Shown here: positions 61,361 through 64,000 of the stretch, in pieces
Position numbering within the stretch: the stretch's first letter is position 1
How the letters are laid out: every line of letters begins with the position of its first letter
Assembly: GCA_963773285.1 (NCBI GenBank)
Contig: CAVZAM010000007.1
Location: 17,634 to 81,633 of the forward strand
DNA: 64,000 nucleotides
Origin: an uncultured delta proteobacterium
Lineage (GTDB): Bacteria; Desulfobacterota; Desulfobaccia; Desulfobaccales; 0-14-0-80-60-11
Direction of reading: 5' to 3'
Translations under genes and position numbers: made by a program
Notes under the pieces: generated by a model
What the model saw: the letters and a program-made list of their open reading frames with translations, nothing else
The model's database searches: none
What the model was told of the DNA's origin: nothing

Positions 61361-62097
61361 ATGAAGACCATCACCCCCCAGGACCTGGCCGGGCTCCTCA
61401 AGCAGAGCCGCAAAGCCGTGGCCATCACCGGCGCCGGCATTTCGGTGGAGTCGGGCATCCCTGATTTCCGGAGCAAAGGCGGCCTGTGGGAACGCTTCGA
61501 TCCCCTGGAGTACGCCACCATCAGGGCCTTTAAGAAAAACCCCGCCCAGGTCTGGGTCATGCTCAGGGAAATGGACCGGATTCTGGTTAAGGCCCGGCCC
61601 AACCCGGCCCACTATGCCCTGGCGGAACTGGAGAAGCGGGGTATCCTCATAGGGGTCATCACCCAGAACGTCGACAACCTGCACCAAGCCGCAGGCAGCC
61701 ACAACGTTGTCGAATACCACGGCAACGCCCACCGCTTCGTGTGCCTGAACTGCCAGGGGGTATGGGCCCGGGAGGCCCTGGACTTCGACCAGACGCCCCT
61801 GTACTGTACTGCGGCGGGCTTATCAAGCCGGACGTGGTCTTCTTCGGGGAGCCCATCCCCGAGGAGGCCATGTTCAAGGCCAATTCCTTAGCCCTGTCCG
61901 GCGATCTTCTACTGCTTATCGGCTCCTCCATGGAGGTGGCCCCGGTCAACATGCTCCCCCAGGTGGCCAAGGAAAACGGCGCCATCATCGTGGAAAACAA
62001 CACGGAACACACCCGCATGACCGACTTTCTTACCGATTATTTCTTAGTGGGGCCGGCCGGGAAGGTGTGGCCTCAAGTCATGAAGGCAATAGAATAA
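61361..62097 (+). CDS. cobB: NAD-dependent deacylase (sirtuin); frameshift near 61808
   Basis: [26 protein letters not shown], Cxx[14 protein letters not shown]. Confidence 0.92.
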
Positions 62098-62305
62098 GTG
62101 CAGAGGCGATAATAGGGAGACTGGCTTGGATTCTCAAATGACCACCGCGGGCACCTTGTCTGCTTGACTTTGCACATTGGAGATATCAAATTGTTGCCCC
62201 CCTTGGCTAATCACCTTAAAATTCGCCACTCGAAAATAAAATTGACCCTCCCCCTAAAAAAAGCTTGACAAAAGCCTAACAAAGGTTTAACAAAAAGATA
62301 AAATA

Positions 62306-62325
62306 TAAGTGAGTGAGTATTCACT
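62306..62325. promoter_or_regulatory. Putative TetR operator 1
   Basis: AGTGAGTATTCACT palindrome abutting the ATG. Confidence 0.7.
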
Positions 62326-62895
62326 ATGTCACGAGATGGCAGTCAAACCAAACAACTAATCGATGACACCGCGTTGCGCCTCTTTGTGGAAAAGGGGGTC
62401 ACCGCCACCACCATCAAGGATATCGCCGGTACGGCCGGGATTGCTGAGGGCACCATTTACCGCCACTATAACAGCAAACAGGAACTGGCCTGGGAGATTT
62501 TTGCCAAAAACATCACGGAGTTGGCCGTGAACCTGGATCGCTGCCAGCAGAAGCACCAAGCCGTGAAGGACAAGCTGGCCGCCTTTATCAACCTGTGCTA
62601 CTCTTTTTTTGACACCAAACCCATGCTGTTCAGCTACCTGCTCCTCGACCATCACGGCCATATCCGGAAGATGACCCCGGAAATGCCAAGCCCCGTGAGG
62701 GTGCTGAAGAACGTTATCGCCGGGGGGATGGCGGCGGGGGAGATCCCCCAGGCGGACGCCGATGTCAAAACCGCCATGGTCCTCGGATTGCTTATTCAGG
62801 TAGCGGTTTTCAAAATCTATGGCCGGATTACCCAGAGCCTCTCCAGCCTGGCCCCGACCCTGGTGGATAATGCCTGGAAGATATTAAGTACATAA
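62326..62895 (+). CDS. TetR/AcrR regulator
   Basis: LFVEKG...TTIKDIA..AGIAEGTIYRHY.SK. Confidence 0.95.
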   Translation: MSRDGSQTKQLIDDTALRLFVEKGVTATTIKDIAGTAGIAEGTIYRHYNSKQELAWEIFAKNITELAVNLDRCQQKHQAVKDKLAAFINLCYSFFDTKPMLFSYLLLDHHGHIRKMTPEMPSPVRVLKNVIAGGMAAGEIPQADADVKTAMVLGLLIQVAVFKIYGRITQSLSSLAPTLVDNAWKILST

Positions 62896-62910
62896 TTTTT
62901 TTTGTTTAAA

Positions 62911-62931
62911 TAAGCGAGTGATTAATCACTC
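62911..62931. promoter_or_regulatory. Putative TetR operator 2
   Basis: Perfect palindrome GAGTGATTAATCACTC; 17/20 identical to operator 1. Confidence 0.72.
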
Positions 62932-62976
62932 ATTATTTAAGAAGTCAACTTAAATTACCTGAAGGAGGAACGGCAA

Positions 62977-63952
62977 ATGAAGGCGATGAAAAGAAAGAAG
63001 TCATGGACAATTTTGACGGCCCTGGTTTTTATCCTGGGGCTGGCGCCTCCCAGGCCTGGGCCTGGGGGTCGGCCACCCATACCTACATCGGTGACCAGCT
63101 CAACCGCCACGGCCCCGGAAAAAGAACCTGGGGGAGATGTACGGCGGTGTCGCCCCCGATCTCTTTAACTATCTGTTCGCCCCGTATCAGCCCTACCTCG
63201 ATGGCCAGACCCACGACGACTTCCTCAAGGTCTGGGAGGCCGCGGGGCCCAGGCAAAACAGCGTGAAGCGGGCCCTCGCCTACGGTTTCGTCAGCCACAA
63301 CGACCTCTGGGGGGCGGACGTGACGCGCACCACAATGGCATCACCTCTGGCCAGGGCCAGGGTTATGTGATTGCCAAGGCCCAGGAAATGAAACCCTATC
63401 TCATCCACGACCTGGCCTCCTTGGGATCCCGTTGAACCCGACGCGGTGGCCCAGGACCTGAGCCACAATTTCGTGGAGTACGGCGTTGACGTGCTGGTGA
63501 AAAATCTCGATGCCAAGGTGGGCGCTAAGATGGCCGATGCCGCGCTGAAGCGCAATATCGCCCTCCCGGTCCTGCTGGTGCAGGCTTACGGGGACGATGT
63601 GGCCGCCGCCCTGGGCATCAAGAGCAAGGCCGCCGCCCAACTCATTTTGACGGCGGAACAACCTTTCCGGAAGACCAAGAACTATGAGGGTCAGGCCCTG
63701 ATGCAGGACGATGCCGCGGCCATCGCCCTGCTAGCCGAAGAGTTGGCGGATTTGCCCAGGCCTACTGGCCTCTTTCGGCGTGACGCTCCCCCCGGACATA
63801 GGCCGGGAGCAGATCGTCGCTCTGGCCGAAAACTTCATCGGCCTGGCCATCGACAGGTGCAAGGGGGATTTTGCCCAGGAGATTACGGCGACCATTTCCT
63901 TTGTGAACGATCAACTCATCACGCACGGGATCACCTATGGGGGTCAATGTGA
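62977..63952 (+). CDS. Exported Zn-dependent phospholipase C-like protein; several frameshifts
   Basis: Signal peptide AWA|WGSATH, YGGVAPDLF, THDDF, GFVSHND..AD, HNFVEYGVD spread over 4-5 ORFs. Confidence 0.7.
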
Positions 63953-64000
63953 GGCGGCGAGGGGAGGTCCCCCCGGTAATTGTTGGAGTCTGGCCCCGGA

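Overview
GC-rich bacterial chromosomal window. Gene content suggests Desulfobacterota/deltaproteobacteria; this is an inference. 1-9 kb holds housekeeping genes (fabF, slyD, acyl-CoA ligase, rsmA, YhdH). 9-29 kb is a sigma54-type unit: hybrid GAF/PAS kinase, NtrC-like activator, then a Flp/Tad pilus locus with no recognisable secretin or TadE/F/G gene. The locus ends in an unusual convergent module: two paralogous Prim-Pol-fold proteins lacking the catalytic aspartates, flanking a small membrane protein and a FlhG/MinD ATPase. A shared TTCTT-N7-AAGAA palindrome and sigma54 boxes link this module to the kinase promoter; it is the best candidate for an undescribed system. 29-57 kb is a mosaic accessory region around tRNA-Thr(CGT): ABC exporters, a plant DUF579-like methyltransferase gene, xfp-ackA, a polyQ lipoprotein, RNB nuclease, MscS-cNMP channel, multicopper oxidase cluster, many gene stubs and a tyrosine integrase remnant. 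57-64 kb holds an ADP-forming acyl-CoA synthetase, TauE, sirtuin, TetR and a Zn-phospholipase-C-like gene. Many genes carry single-base indels that look like long-read errors, so split ORFs are merged where homology supports it. All family calls come from motif recognition by eye, not database searches.
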